Positions 24,111-34,029 of a stretch of 64,000 nt of DNA are shown in pieces. Numbering within the stretch: the stretch's first letter is position 1; every line of letters begins with the position of its first letter. Position numbers and translations under genes: made by a program. The stretch spans positions 129,355 through 193,354 of the forward strand of contig CAVOQR010000006.1 in the NCBI GenBank assembly GCA_963698425.1, given 5' to 3'. Source of the stretch: an uncultured Gammaproteobacteria bacterium. Lineage in GTDB: Bacteria > Pseudomonadota > Gammaproteobacteria > Steroidobacterales > Woeseiaceae. Below the pieces are notes generated by a model, which was given only the letters and a program-made list of their open reading frames with translations, had not been told where the DNA came from and ran no database searches.

Positions 24111-24909
24111 TTGAAACCGGAAATCCTCGCGATCCTTGGCATCTTCCTTGGCTTTGCGCTGGCGGAGTTGCTGCGCACCAGCCTGTTTCACAAGCCACGG
24201 CAGCGCCGTAAGGACGCTGTTGTTGAGGTTGTCGGTACGTTCACACTGTTATTACTGACGCAGCCCGTTGTGTTGCTGTGTGCGGGCCTGCTTGCTGCCG
24301 CGCTGGCGCCCGATGCGGCAGGCAGTCTCGCGGACATTCCCTGGTATGCGATGCTTGGCCTGTTCCTGGTCTTCGACGACATGACCCAATACTGGTGGCA
24401 TCGCATTACGCATTCAGTGCCGTGGTTATACGAGCTGCATCGCCCGCATCACGACGCCGAGTACATGAGTATTCGTATCGTCTATCGCAACAATATTTTC
24501 TATTACTTCCTGATGCCCGGCATCTGGTTCTCGGGTGTCCTGATTTACCTGGGGCTCGGCAGCTTCTATGCGGGCTATATCGTCGTGAAGTTACTGGTTA
24601 TTTGCGGCGCGCATTCAGATGTTCGCTGGGATGAGCCCCTGTACAGAATCAAGTGGTTGTCGCCCGTCATGTGGGTCGTAGAGCGAACGATATCGACGCC
24701 ATCGACTCACTCGGCGCATCATGGCCAGCACGCCGCTGACGGCGTCACCAATTACAAAGGCAACTACGGCAACCTGTTGTTCTTCTGGGACGTGTTGTTT
24801 GGCACTGCCAAGAATCACACGACGCTACCCGGAGGCGTTTGGCGTCGAAAACCTGCAGCCGGTCAGCGCACAGCACCAACTGCTGTGGCCACTTGTCAGG
24901 GATCGTTAG
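24111..24909 (+). pseudogene. Fatty-acid hydroxylase / sterol desaturase family membrane protein with a +1 frameshift near the 3' end
   Basis: His boxes HRITH, HRPHH and HSAHHG. After ...FWDVLFGTAK the plausible ending ITRRYPEAFGVENLQPVSAQHQLLWPLVRDR* is in frame 1 (ORF 24721-24909). The uncorrected frame instead runs 119 nt into the convergent gene. The extra base is in aagAAtc, near 24812. Confidence 0.65.
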
Positions 24910-24910
24910 C

Positions 24911-26281
24911 TCAAGACCCGGGCCAGGGTCCGGTGACCGCAAGCGTCATGCCCGGGTACTGGATGTTGACGAACAGCGTCTTGCCGTCGGCTGAGAAGCA
25001 AACGCCCGCCAGTTCTGAGTCGGAGTAAACGTTGTCGGCGAGCGCGTACATGCTGCCGTCGGGACGGATACCTACGAGGCCACAATGCCCGCTGGTGTCC
25101 TCGCAGACGATCAGGTCGCCCCACGGCGACATCGTTAGGTTATCGGCATTGCGCAGAATCGAGTCTTCCTGTGCTTCTGCGATGAGTCGCAAGGTGGCCG
25201 GGGCGCTTTGCTCCTTGTCCGTGCCCTCATACGGGCTCGGTCTGTAGACAAACACCTGGCCGAGCTTTGCAAACCCGCCTTCGGTGCAGGTGAAGGCAAA
25301 CTCATCACCGGCAACGCACAATCCCTCGCCGCGTGCGAACGTTGCGGCGCCGGCGCGCGTGCCGCGTAGCCGCAGCGTGTTGTTGCCTGAATCTACGTTG
25401 TCGAGGTCGATCCAGCGCACCGGCAAGTGTTTCTCCAGCGGCACATCGGCTTCTTTACCCCAGTTATGCGTCGCCATCGACGGCGCGTCGGTCACGGCGA
25501 GCGCTTGCAGGCGGCCGCCTTTGTGCAACTCTCCCGGCACGTCGGGAATGTAGCGGTAGAACAGGCTGAAGTGGCGATCTTCAGTCATGTAGACGATGCC
25601 GCTGGCTGCGTGCACGGCAGCTGCCTCATGTTCGAAGCGGCCCATCGCCTTGATGGGCTCTGCACGGTTAAGCCCGGTTGCTGCAGCGGAGACCTCGAAC
25701 ACATAGCCGTGTTGCTGCTCCCTGAAAATCGTGGTGTCGCCGTCAATGGCCTGGCCACGTGCGGCAAAGGTCTCCTCACAGCTCAGCCAGCTGCCCCACG
25801 GCGTTGCGCCGCCGGCACAGTTGTTCTCGGTGCCCGCCAGGCTCAGGAACTGTCGTTCTGTCTGGCCACTGGCAGTATTGAAAATTGTCGTTGTCGTACC
25901 GCCAAGGCCCGGCGTGATATCGCCGCCACGATCATAGAGTTTGCGGCGAGTGGCCTCGGGCAGATCGTTGTAGCGGTCCGCAAAGCCGCTCAGGTCGCTC
26001 CAGTCAGGCGTTAGCTCATGATTGCAAATGAGCGTAACGCGATCGCCGCTGCCTGCAAAGACCGCCATACCATCGTGTGCGCCCGGTACGAGCAGGCCGT
26101 CGGCCATCGGCTCGCCGGCGCGTGACACAACCCGGTAGGAAAAGCCCTTTGGCAGGTCCAGCAAGCCGCGCCGGTCCGTTTGCAGCGCTGATGCCTGAGT
26201 CCGGGCCGCAGCACAGGACGCACCCAGCGCAGGGGCTGTTGCTGCTGCGGCAATACAGGCGAGGAAACGACGGCGGTCCAA
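24911..26281 (-). CDS. Tat-exported DUF839 / PhoX-like protein
   Basis: 456 aa. TTG start and a twin-arginine leader MDRRRFLACIAAAATAPALGA. A beta-propeller-like body ends in ...NIQYPGMTLAVTGPW, as DUF839 proteins do. Confidence 0.5.
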   Translation of the reverse strand: MDRRRFLACIAAAATAPALGASCAAARTQASALQTDRRGLLDLPKGFSYRVVSRAGEPMADGLLVPGAHDGMAVFAGSGDRVTLICNHELTPDWSDLSGFADRYNDLPEATRRKLYDRGGDITPGLGGTTTTIFNTASGQTERQFLSLAGTENNCAGGATPWGSWLSCEETFAARGQAIDGDTTIFREQQHGYVFEVSAAATGLNRAEPIKAMGRFEHEAAAVHAASGIVYMTEDRHFSLFYRYIPDVPGELHKGGRLQALAVTDAPSMATHNWGKEADVPLEKHLPVRWIDLDNVDSGNNTLRLRGTRAGAATFARGEGLCVAGDEFAFTCTEGGFAKLGQVFVYRPSPYEGTDKEQSAPATLRLIAEAQEDSILRNADNLTMSPWGDLIVCEDTSGHCGLVGIRPDGSMYALADNVYSDSELAGVCFSADGKTLFVNIQYPGMTLAVTGPWPGS

Positions 26282-26357
26282 AATGGTGCACCATTGGCTG
26301 AAATTTGAAACAAAGCTTAGCAGCTGATTGTGTCAGGTTTGTGCAATAATCGCCGCC

Positions 26358-27794
26358 ATGCAAAAAAGAACCAAGATTGTCGCGACGCTGGGTCCAGCGT
26401 CAGAGCGGCCCAAAACACTCCGCAAAATGATTGACGCGGGTCTCGATGTGGCGCGATTGAATTTTTCGCATGGCACGGCAGATGAGCATCGCGAGCGAGC
26501 GCAGCGATTGCGTGATGCAGCCGAAGCGTGTGGTCGCGATGTCGGCCTGCTTGGCGATTTGCAGGGTCCGAAAATTCGGATCAAGCGATTCAAGAAGGGC
26601 AGGGCTAACCTGGCTGACGGCGGCAAGTTCTTCCTGGACAGCGAATTGGGCCTGGAAGACGGCAACCAGAAGGGCGTCGGTGTCGCGCTTGAGACCTTGC
26701 ACAAGGACGTTGCCGAAGGTGACACGCTGCTCCTGAACGACGGCATGATTACGCTGTGCGTTGACAGGATCGAAGGCACACGCATCCACACGACAGTGAT
26801 CAACGGCGGCATCCTTTCCGACTACAAGGGCATCAACAAAAAGGGCGGTGGCCTGTCGGCACCGGCGCTGACTGACGTCGATCGCAGCAATATCGTGCTC
26901 GCTGCCGAACTCGGTATCGATTTCCTCGCTGTGTCGTTCGTGCGCGACGGTAGCGACATCGAAGAAGCCCGGCGGCTGTTTCTTGAAGCCGGCGGCAGCG
27001 GCGCCATCGTGGCAAAGATCGAGCGCACGGAGGCGATCGAGAACATCGATTCTATTATCGCCGCCGCGGACGTCATTATGGTTGCGCGCGGCGACCTCGG
27101 CGTCGAGATGGGCTATGCCGAACTTATCGGCATTCAAAAGAACCTGATTCGCCGTACGCGCAAGGCAAACAAGATTGTCATCACTGCAACGCAGATGATG
27201 GAGTCGATGATCGAGAACCCGATACCAACGCGAGCCGAGGTGTCCGACGTATCCAACGCGGTAATGGACGGCACGGATGCCGTCATGCTGTCGGGTGAAA
27301 CAGCGGTGGGCAAGTACCCCGTCAAGTCGATTCGCGAGATGGCTGCTGTATGTGTGGGTGCCGAGCGCTTCGTGCTGCCCAAGAGCACGACCGGCCACAG
27401 GCTCGGTGATCTGTTCGGGCGTGTTGACGAGGCCATCGCAATGGCGGTCATGTACACGGCCAATCATCTCAAGGTGAAAGCGATTATCGCGCTCACCGAG
27501 TCCGGCTCAACCACCTTGTGGATGTCGCGCATTCGCTCCGACATACCGATCTATGCGTTCACGCCGCACCTGGGTACCAGCCGCCGGGTGACCATGTACC
27601 GCGGCGTCTACCCGGTCAGCTTTGAAATCACGCAGACAGACTCGCGACAGCTCTACCAGGATATTTTCGAGACTCTGCTGAAAGCCGACCTTGTCGAGCG
27701 CGGCGATCTCGTGATCTTCACCAAAGGCGACCTCGACGGTGTCAGTGGCAGCACCAATGCGATGAAGATCCTGGAAGTCAGCACACCGGAGTAA
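26358..27794 (+). CDS. pyk: Pyruvate kinase
   Basis: MQKRTKIVATLGPAS and MVARGDLGVE, 478 aa from ATG 26358. Confidence 0.9.
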   Translation: MQKRTKIVATLGPASERPKTLRKMIDAGLDVARLNFSHGTADEHRERAQRLRDAAEACGRDVGLLGDLQGPKIRIKRFKKGRANLADGGKFFLDSELGLEDGNQKGVGVALETLHKDVAEGDTLLLNDGMITLCVDRIEGTRIHTTVINGGILSDYKGINKKGGGLSAPALTDVDRSNIVLAAELGIDFLAVSFVRDGSDIEEARRLFLEAGGSGAIVAKIERTEAIENIDSIIAAADVIMVARGDLGVEMGYAELIGIQKNLIRRTRKANKIVITATQMMESMIENPIPTRAEVSDVSNAVMDGTDAVMLSGETAVGKYPVKSIREMAAVCVGAERFVLPKSTTGHRLGDLFGRVDEAIAMAVMYTANHLKVKAIIALTESGSTTLWMSRIRSDIPIYAFTPHLGTSRRVTMYRGVYPVSFEITQTDSRQLYQDIFETLLKADLVERGDLVIFTKGDLDGVSGSTNAMKILEVSTPE

Positions 27795-27799
27795 CGGTC

Positions 27800-30172
27800 G
27801 TGAAACGAATTCTGTTTGCGCTATTCGCGGGCGGCATGTCGCTGGTGCTCGTTGCCGTGCTGGTTGCGTGGATCGGACTGCGTGCGAGCCTGCCGCAGCT
27901 GGACGGTGCCGTGACCCTCGCCGGTATCGATGCTCCGGCGACGATTCAGCGTGACGATCAGGGCATCCCGACCATAACCGCCAGCAGTCGCGCGGACCTC
28001 GCATTTGCTACAGGGTTTGCGCACGCGCAGGACCGCCTGTTCCAGATGGACCTGATTCGCCGGCAGGCAGCAGGCGAACTCGCCGAACTGTTCGGGGAAC
28101 GTGCCGTCGATGCGGACAAGCGCTTGCGCTTTCATCGCTTCAGAGCACGAGCACAACGCGTGTTTGCTGATATGCCGGACGATGAAAAAGCGATTATCGA
28201 GGCCTATGCCGCGGGCGTGAACGAAAGCATGGCTATGCTAAAAGGCAAGCCATTCGAATACTACCTGCTGGGTGTCGAGGTAGCGCCCTGGCAGATCGAG
28301 GATACGTTGCTGGTTGTCTATGCCATGTTCCTGACGCTGAACGACGCCGATGCAAGCAATGAAGTGCGGCGAGGTCTTGTACATCGAGTGCTGCCCGAAG
28401 AGTTGTATCACTGGATGTATGCACCCGGCACGTCATGGGACGCGCCCATTCAGGGTCAGGCTTTCGAGACTCCGGCGATCCCGGGCGAAGACGTGTTTTC
28501 TTTGCGCAGTCAGGCGCTGAACGCGCCACCCTCGCGAGAAAGCGGGCGCATTCCGCTGCGCGGCAGCAATAATTGGGCGGTGAGCGGCGAGTTGACCAGC
28601 AACGGTCGGGCGCTGGTGTCCAACGATATGCACCTCGGCCTTAATGTGCCGAATATTTACTACCAGGCGCGGCTGCTCGTCAAAGGGTCCGATGCACGCG
28701 AGATCATCGGCGTCACGTTGCCGGGAGCACCATTCGTGGTCGCTGGCAGCAACACGCGGGTTGCATGGGGCTACACCAACAGCTACGGCGACTGGGTCGA
28801 CGCGGTGCTGCTGCAGCCAGGGTCTGAGGCAGGCACGTACCGAACGCCCGGCGGCGAGCGCAGCTTCGAGTCCCATATCGAGACCATCGAGGTCAAGGAT
28901 GGCGATCCTGTTGAGCTCACCATCCGCGAGACGATCTGGGGTCCGGTGCTTGACGACCTCGAGTATCCCGACGGCGATATCGCGGTCAGCTGGATCGCGC
29001 ACGCGCGCGACGGCATAAACCTGCGGCTGCTCGATCTCGAAACCGCGGCGTCGCTTGAGGAGGCGCTGGATATTGCCAATCGCCTGGCGATGCCGCCGCA
29101 GAATTTTGTTGCCGGTGACGCCGCAGGAAACATTGGCTGGACCATTGCCGGCAAAATACCGCAGAAGTCTGAGTTCGACGCGATGCTGCCGGCAGACTGG
29201 AGCGAGCAGCAAGGCTGGACCGGCTGGCTTGCGGCGGACGACTACCCGCGAATCGTCAACCCGGAAAGTGGCCGCATCTGGACGGCGAATACGCGCGTCG
29301 TCGATGGTGATGCACTGCGCCTGATCGGTGATGGTGGCTATGACCTGGGTGCGCGTGCAGCGCAAATTCGTGACGCCCTGATGGCAAAGGAGATGTTCAC
29401 AGCAGAGGACATGCTGGCCATCCAGTACGACGACCGTGCATTGTTCCTGGCGCGCTGGCGCGAACTCCTGCTGCAGCAGCTATCGACGCCTGCCGCCGGC
29501 AACGACGCGGAACTGGCAGAATATCGTCGCCTTGTAGATGAATGGCTGCCACGTGCCGCGCCAGAATCCGTTGGCTATCGACTGGTGCGTGCGTTCCGTC
29601 TCGAAGTGCAGAATCGCCTGTTCCATGCCTTGACGGAGCCGGCACGGGACGCCTACGGCGATGCTGTCAGCCTGCGGCGCAGCAACCAGTTTGAGGGCGC
29701 ACTGTGGTCGCTGGTCAGCGAGCAGCCGGAGCATATGTTGCCCGCCAATTTCGCGGACTGGAACGAGTTTTTCCTGGCCGCTGTGCGCGAGAACATCCGC
29801 TATTTCGCAGCAAGCTCCGCAGCACCGCTGTCAGAGCGTCGCTGGGGAGAACTTAACAGTGCGTCGATACGGCACCCGTTGAGCTCCGCGCTGCCGATGG
29901 TCTCGAAGTATCTCGACATGCCGCAGTCCGAGCTCAATGGTGACCTGGACATGCCGAAGGCACAGGGATCGACGTTTGGTGCTTCACAACGTTTTTCGGT
30001 GATGCCCGGGGATGAGGCCAACAGCCTGATGCACATGCCGGCCGGGCAGAGTGGCCACCCGCTGTCAGATTTCTACAGTGCCGGCCATGATGACTGGGTG
30101 CGCGGCAAGCCGAGCCCGTTCCTGCCCGGCATGACAAGGCATACGCTGACACTGCAGCCGTCGACAAGGTAG
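27800..30172 (+). CDS. Penicillin/acyl-homoserine-lactone acylase family protein (peptidase S45, Ntn hydrolase), N-terminally membrane anchored
   Basis: 790 aa with a GTG start 5 nt after pyk. One N-terminal TM helix. The autoprocessing/nucleophile site is RG|SNNWAVSG. Confidence 0.8.
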   Translation: MKRILFALFAGGMSLVLVAVLVAWIGLRASLPQLDGAVTLAGIDAPATIQRDDQGIPTITASSRADLAFATGFAHAQDRLFQMDLIRRQAAGELAELFGERAVDADKRLRFHRFRARAQRVFADMPDDEKAIIEAYAAGVNESMAMLKGKPFEYYLLGVEVAPWQIEDTLLVVYAMFLTLNDADASNEVRRGLVHRVLPEELYHWMYAPGTSWDAPIQGQAFETPAIPGEDVFSLRSQALNAPPSRESGRIPLRGSNNWAVSGELTSNGRALVSNDMHLGLNVPNIYYQARLLVKGSDAREIIGVTLPGAPFVVAGSNTRVAWGYTNSYGDWVDAVLLQPGSEAGTYRTPGGERSFESHIETIEVKDGDPVELTIRETIWGPVLDDLEYPDGDIAVSWIAHARDGINLRLLDLETAASLEEALDIANRLAMPPQNFVAGDAAGNIGWTIAGKIPQKSEFDAMLPADWSEQQGWTGWLAADDYPRIVNPESGRIWTANTRVVDGDALRLIGDGGYDLGARAAQIRDALMAKEMFTAEDMLAIQYDDRALFLARWRELLLQQLSTPAAGNDAELAEYRRLVDEWLPRAAPESVGYRLVRAFRLEVQNRLFHALTEPARDAYGDAVSLRRSNQFEGALWSLVSEQPEHMLPANFADWNEFFLAAVRENIRYFAASSAAPLSERRWGELNSASIRHPLSSALPMVSKYLDMPQSELNGDLDMPKAQGSTFGASQRFSVMPGDEANSLMHMPAGQSGHPLSDFYSAGHDDWVRGKPSPFLPGMTRHTLTLQPSTR

Positions 30173-30181
30173 TATTGCGGC

Positions 30182-31036
30182 ATGACTAAGAGCAAATTCC
30201 AGGGTACAGATACCTATATCGCGACCGATGACCTGATGATGGCGGTCAACGCGTCGGTGACACTCGAGCGACCGATCCTGATCAAGGGCGAGCCCGGTAC
30301 CGGCAAGACGCAGCTGGCTATCGAGATTGCACGTTCGCTGGGCAAGCCGTTGTTTGAATGGCATATCAAGTCGACCACGAAAGCCCAGCAAGGTCTTTAT
30401 GAGTATGACGCTGTCGCGCGTTTGCGCGACTCGCAACTGGGTGATGACAAGGTTCACGACATTGCGAACTATATTGTCCCCGGCAAGATCTGGGAGGCGT
30501 TTGAGTCCGGGGAACAGCCGGTACTGCTCATCGATGAAATCGACAAGGCGGACATCGAGTTTCCCAACGACCTGTTGCAGGAGCTCGACCGCATGGAGTT
30601 CTTCGTTTATGAAACGAAGAGACTCGTCAAGGCGACGCATCGACCCATCATCGTGATCACCAGCAACAATGAGAAAGAGCTGCCTGATGCCTTTCTGAGG
30701 CGTTGCTTTTTCCACTACATCAAGTTTCCTGACAAGGAGACGATGGCACGGATTGTCGATGTGCATTTCCCGAATCTGAAGAAGTCATTGCTGTCCGAGG
30801 CGCTGAACGCTTTTTACAAAGTGCGTGACGTACGTGGCTTGAAGAAGAAGCCTTCTACGTCCGAGTTGCTCGACTGGATCAAGTTGCTGCTCGCCGAAGA
30901 CATACCGCCAGAAGTGCTGCATTCCAACGACGCGCGCAAAGCCATTCCGCCGTTGCATGGCGCGCTGCTGAAGAACGAGCAGGACGTGCACCTGTTCGAA
31001 CAGCTTGTGTTCCTTGACCGGCGCAACAGCCAGTAG
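30182..31036 (+). CDS. MoxR-type AAA+ ATPase (AAA_5, CoxD-like)
   Basis: 284 aa. Walker A GEPGTGKT, Walker B VLLIDEIDKA, and a sensor/arginine region PDAFLRRC. Confidence 0.8.
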   Translation: MTKSKFQGTDTYIATDDLMMAVNASVTLERPILIKGEPGTGKTQLAIEIARSLGKPLFEWHIKSTTKAQQGLYEYDAVARLRDSQLGDDKVHDIANYIVPGKIWEAFESGEQPVLLIDEIDKADIEFPNDLLQELDRMEFFVYETKRLVKATHRPIIVITSNNEKELPDAFLRRCFFHYIKFPDKETMARIVDVHFPNLKKSLLSEALNAFYKVRDVRGLKKKPSTSELLDWIKLLLAEDIPPEVLHSNDARKAIPPLHGALLKNEQDVHLFEQLVFLDRRNSQ

Positions 31037-31045
31037 TCGCAGGCG

Positions 31046-32221
31046 ATGCTCATTCCGTTCTTCTACACGCTGCGTGAAGGTGGCCTGAAGACGTCTGTCA
31101 CTGAAATGCTGACGCTGCTCGAGGCTCTGCAAAAAGGGCTGGCGAGCCAGAGCGTTGACGACTTTTATTTTCTTGCGCGCAGTGCGCTGGTCAAGGATGA
31201 ATCAAAACTCGACCTGTTCGATCGCATTTTTGCCGCCTATTTCCAGGGCGTCGACGATTCGCTCGGGGACTTGCTGCAGGACATTCCGGAAGACTGGCTG
31301 CGCATGCAGGCCGAGCTCAACCTCAGCGATGAAGAGCGCGCACAGATAGAGGCGATGGGTGGCTTCGAGGAGTTGATGCGGGCTCTTGAGGAACGCCTCA
31401 GCGAGCAGGATGAGCGACATGAAGGCGGCAACAAGTGGATTGGCACCGCCGGTACCTCGCCGTTCGGCGCCTACGGCTACAACCCGGAAGGCGTTCGCAT
31501 CGGCCAGAAGGGGTCGCGTAATCGCAGCGCCGTGAAGGTCTGGGACAAACGCGAGTACCGCAATCTGGATGACTCGGTCGAACTCGGTACGCGCAACATC
31601 AAGGTTGCGCTGCGACGACTACGAAAATTTGCACGCGAGGGCGCCGCAGACCAGCTGGATCTCGATGACACCATCGACAAGACAGCGCGCAACGCCGGTC
31701 TGCTTGATATTCGCATGGTCCCCGAGCGACACAATGCCGTAAAGGTGCTGCTGTGTCTCGATATCGGTGGCTCCATGGATGATCACGTACGCGCCTGCGA
31801 GGAGTTGTTTTCGGCAACGCGCAGCGAGTTCAAGCACCTGGAACATTTCTACTTCCACAACTTCATCTACGAGAGCCTGTGGAAGGACAATCGGCGGCGT
31901 CACGCTGAGAAGATGCCCACCAACGATGTGACGCACAAATATGGCAGCGACTATAAATTGATCTTCGTCGGCGATGCCACGATGAGTCCCTACGAGATTG
32001 TTTACGCCGGCGGCAGCGTAGAGCACTGGAATGAAGAGCCGGGCGCCGTCTGGATCAAGCGTTTGCTGCAGACGTATCCGAAAGCGGTCTGGTTAAATCC
32101 GGAGCCCGAAGCGCGCTGGGACTACACGCCTTCAATCAAGCTGACACGCGAACTCATGGATGATCGCATGTATCCGATGACACTCGCCGGCCTGGATGCG
32201 GCGATCCGGGAATTGCACTAG
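31046..32221 (+). CDS. VWA-domain protein, CoxE-like partner of the MoxR ATPase
   Basis: 391 aa. The N-terminus MLIPFFYTLREGGLKTSVTEMLTLLEAL is typical of CoxE-like proteins. The MIDAS-like LCLDIGGSM lies in the C-terminal half. It begins 9 nt after the ATPase gene. Confidence 0.7.
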   Translation: MLIPFFYTLREGGLKTSVTEMLTLLEALQKGLASQSVDDFYFLARSALVKDESKLDLFDRIFAAYFQGVDDSLGDLLQDIPEDWLRMQAELNLSDEERAQIEAMGGFEELMRALEERLSEQDERHEGGNKWIGTAGTSPFGAYGYNPEGVRIGQKGSRNRSAVKVWDKREYRNLDDSVELGTRNIKVALRRLRKFAREGAADQLDLDDTIDKTARNAGLLDIRMVPERHNAVKVLLCLDIGGSMDDHVRACEELFSATRSEFKHLEHFYFHNFIYESLWKDNRRRHAEKMPTNDVTHKYGSDYKLIFVGDATMSPYEIVYAGGSVEHWNEEPGAVWIKRLLQTYPKAVWLNPEPEARWDYTPSIKLTRELMDDRMYPMTLAGLDAAIRELH

Positions 32222-32775
32222 CTCTCGCTTTCGCTGGCTCCGAGTACTTTCAGGTCAGCGAGGACCTCTTCTGAGTGGATGTCGGGTTTGACCTTCGTGT
32301 AGTGCTTCACAACGATCCCCTGCGGATTGATGATGAAAGTCTGTCGCTTGGCAACGGTCCAGCCCATCATGCGGGTCTTGACGCCGTAAGCATCAGCCGC
32401 CATACCGTCGGTATCGGCGAGCAGCGGAAACGAAAGGTTGTACTCTTCGGCAAACGCCTTGTGTGAGTCGACATCATCCAGGCTCACACCGATGATCTGC
32501 GCATTCAGCTTCCTGAACGCGAAAATATTGTCACGAAACTCGCAGGCCTCGGTGGTGCATCCCGGCGTATCGTCCTTCGGGTAAAAGTACAGTACGACCC
32601 ACTGATCCCGGTAATCTTCAAGCGAGTGCAGTTCTCCGGTCTGGTCCGGCAGCTCGAATTCGGGCGCAGCTTTGCCCTCAAAGGTGGACTCTTCCGCGCT
32701 GCTGCGGTCGGACCAGGACAGGGAAAGAGCAGCCAAAACTGCGATGACGATCGTTGAAGCCAAAACGCGAAACAT
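32218..32775 (-). CDS. bcp: Peroxiredoxin, Bcp-type, with an N-terminal signal/anchor
   Basis: 185 aa with the active site YPKDDTPGCTTEAC. Confidence 0.8.
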   Translation of the reverse strand: MFRVLASTIVIAVLAALSLSWSDRSSAEESTFEGKAAPEFELPDQTGELHSLEDYRDQWVVLYFYPKDDTPGCTTEACEFRDNIFAFRKLNAQIIGVSLDDVDSHKAFAEEYNLSFPLLADTDGMAADAYGVKTRMMGWTVAKRQTFIINPQGIVVKHYTKVKPDIHSEEVLADLKVLGASESES

Positions 32776-32817
32776 GGTTTTATTTCCGGCAATGAAGCGT
32801 TAAACCACTATGATACG

Positions 32818-34029
32818 GTGCCAATGATGATCTGCAAAGCCGACAAGCCGAAAGCGGCGCTGGTAATGCCGGGCGGTGGTGCGCGCGGTGCGTTCCAGGT
32901 TGGCGTGCTTAAGGCCGTTGCCGAGTTGCTGCCGAAGGGCAGCCCGAATCCGTTCCCCGTTATCAGCGGCACGTCGGCCGGCGCCGTCAATTCTATTGTG
33001 CTGGCATCCAAGGCGCGCCGCCTGCAAGTGGCAGTCACCGAACTGGAGCGTGTCTGGGCGAACTTTCGTTGCCACGATGTTTACAAGACTGATCACCTGA
33101 CGATGCTGAAAAGCAGCCTGCACTGGATGGCCGCCATCGTGCTCGGTGGTTTCGTTGTCGGCATGCCGAAGTCCTTGCTCGACAACGCGCCGCTCAGGAG
33201 TCTCTTGAGCCGCAATGTCCGTTTTCCGCGCATCCAGGATTCGATTGACCGCGGCTACCTGGAGGCGGTGGCCGTCACGGCGGCGGGCTATGGCTCGGCC
33301 AAGTCGACAGCATTTTTCCAGGGTTCAGACAACGTGCACGAGTGGTCGCGGACGCGGCGGCTGGGCCGTCGCGAAGACCTGCACCTGGATCACGTCATGG
33401 CAAGCATCGCCGTTCCGATGGTGTTCCCGCCGGTGCTGGTCGGCAATGAGTACTTTGGCGATGGCGCGATGCGCCAGGCCACGCCGTTGAGTCCGGCGGT
33501 ACATCTCGGTGCCGATCGGATCCTGGTCGTTGGCATACGCGACGAAACTGCGGACGTGCCAACGGCGGCGCAGCCAGAAATGCCGAGCTTCGCGCAGATC
33601 GCCGGCTATATGCTGGATACCCTGTTCATGGATGGTATGTACTCAGACCTCGAGCGCCTCACGCGACTGAACCAGATTCTCGACAGCGACAATGGCGAAG
33701 TGTCCGCGGCCACCAACATGCGTGCTATCGATACCATGTTGATCGTTCCCAGCGAGGATCTGCGCGTCATCGCGCAGAAACACCGGAAGGAGTTGCCGCT
33801 GGCCATACGTGCGTTGTTGCGCGGTGTTGGTGGCCGCAATTCCGGGGAAAGTCGTCTGCTCAGTTTCCTGTTGTTTGAGAAGGCCTACACACAGGAACTG
33901 ATCGAGCTGGGCTACCACGACGCCATGAATGTCAAAGACCAGTTGCTCGACTTTGTCAGCGGCCGGGATGTGCCGCGACTGTTTGCGCCGGACTGGATTC
34001 AGCGCGACCTGAGCACCTTACACGCGTGA
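32818..34029 (+). CDS. Patatin-like phospholipase
   Basis: 403 aa with the oxyanion GGGARGAFQVG, nucleophile GTSAGA and a DGA(M) catalytic Asp motif. Confidence 0.8.
   Translation: MPMMICKADKPKAALVMPGGGARGAFQVGVLKAVAELLPKGSPNPFPVISGTSAGAVNSIVLASKARRLQVAVTELERVWANFRCHDVYKTDHLTMLKSSLHWMAAIVLGGFVVGMPKSLLDNAPLRSLLSRNVRFPRIQDSIDRGYLEAVAVTAAGYGSAKSTAFFQGSDNVHEWSRTRRLGRREDLHLDHVMASIAVPMVFPPVLVGNEYFGDGAMRQATPLSPAVHLGADRILVVGIRDETADVPTAAQPEMPSFAQIAGYMLDTLFMDGMYSDLERLTRLNQILDSDNGEVSAATNMRAIDTMLIVPSEDLRVIAQKHRKELPLAIRALLRGVGGRNSGESRLLSFLLFEKAYTQELIELGYHDAMNVKDQLLDFVSGRDVPRLFAPDWIQRDLSTLHA

Noticed and set aside
24910-25028. C-terminal 40 residues of the 305-aa hydroxylase ORF overlapping the convergent DUF839 gene
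   Set aside because: This is an artefact of reading through the frameshift. The corrected frame stops at 24909.
32218-32221. Convergent genes sharing overlapping stop codons within a CTAG tetranucleotide (VWA/bcp here, and again TPR/ICMT at 52654-52657)
   Set aside because: The observation is real, but it is most simply a coincidence of TAG stops on both strands. No functional inference is justified.
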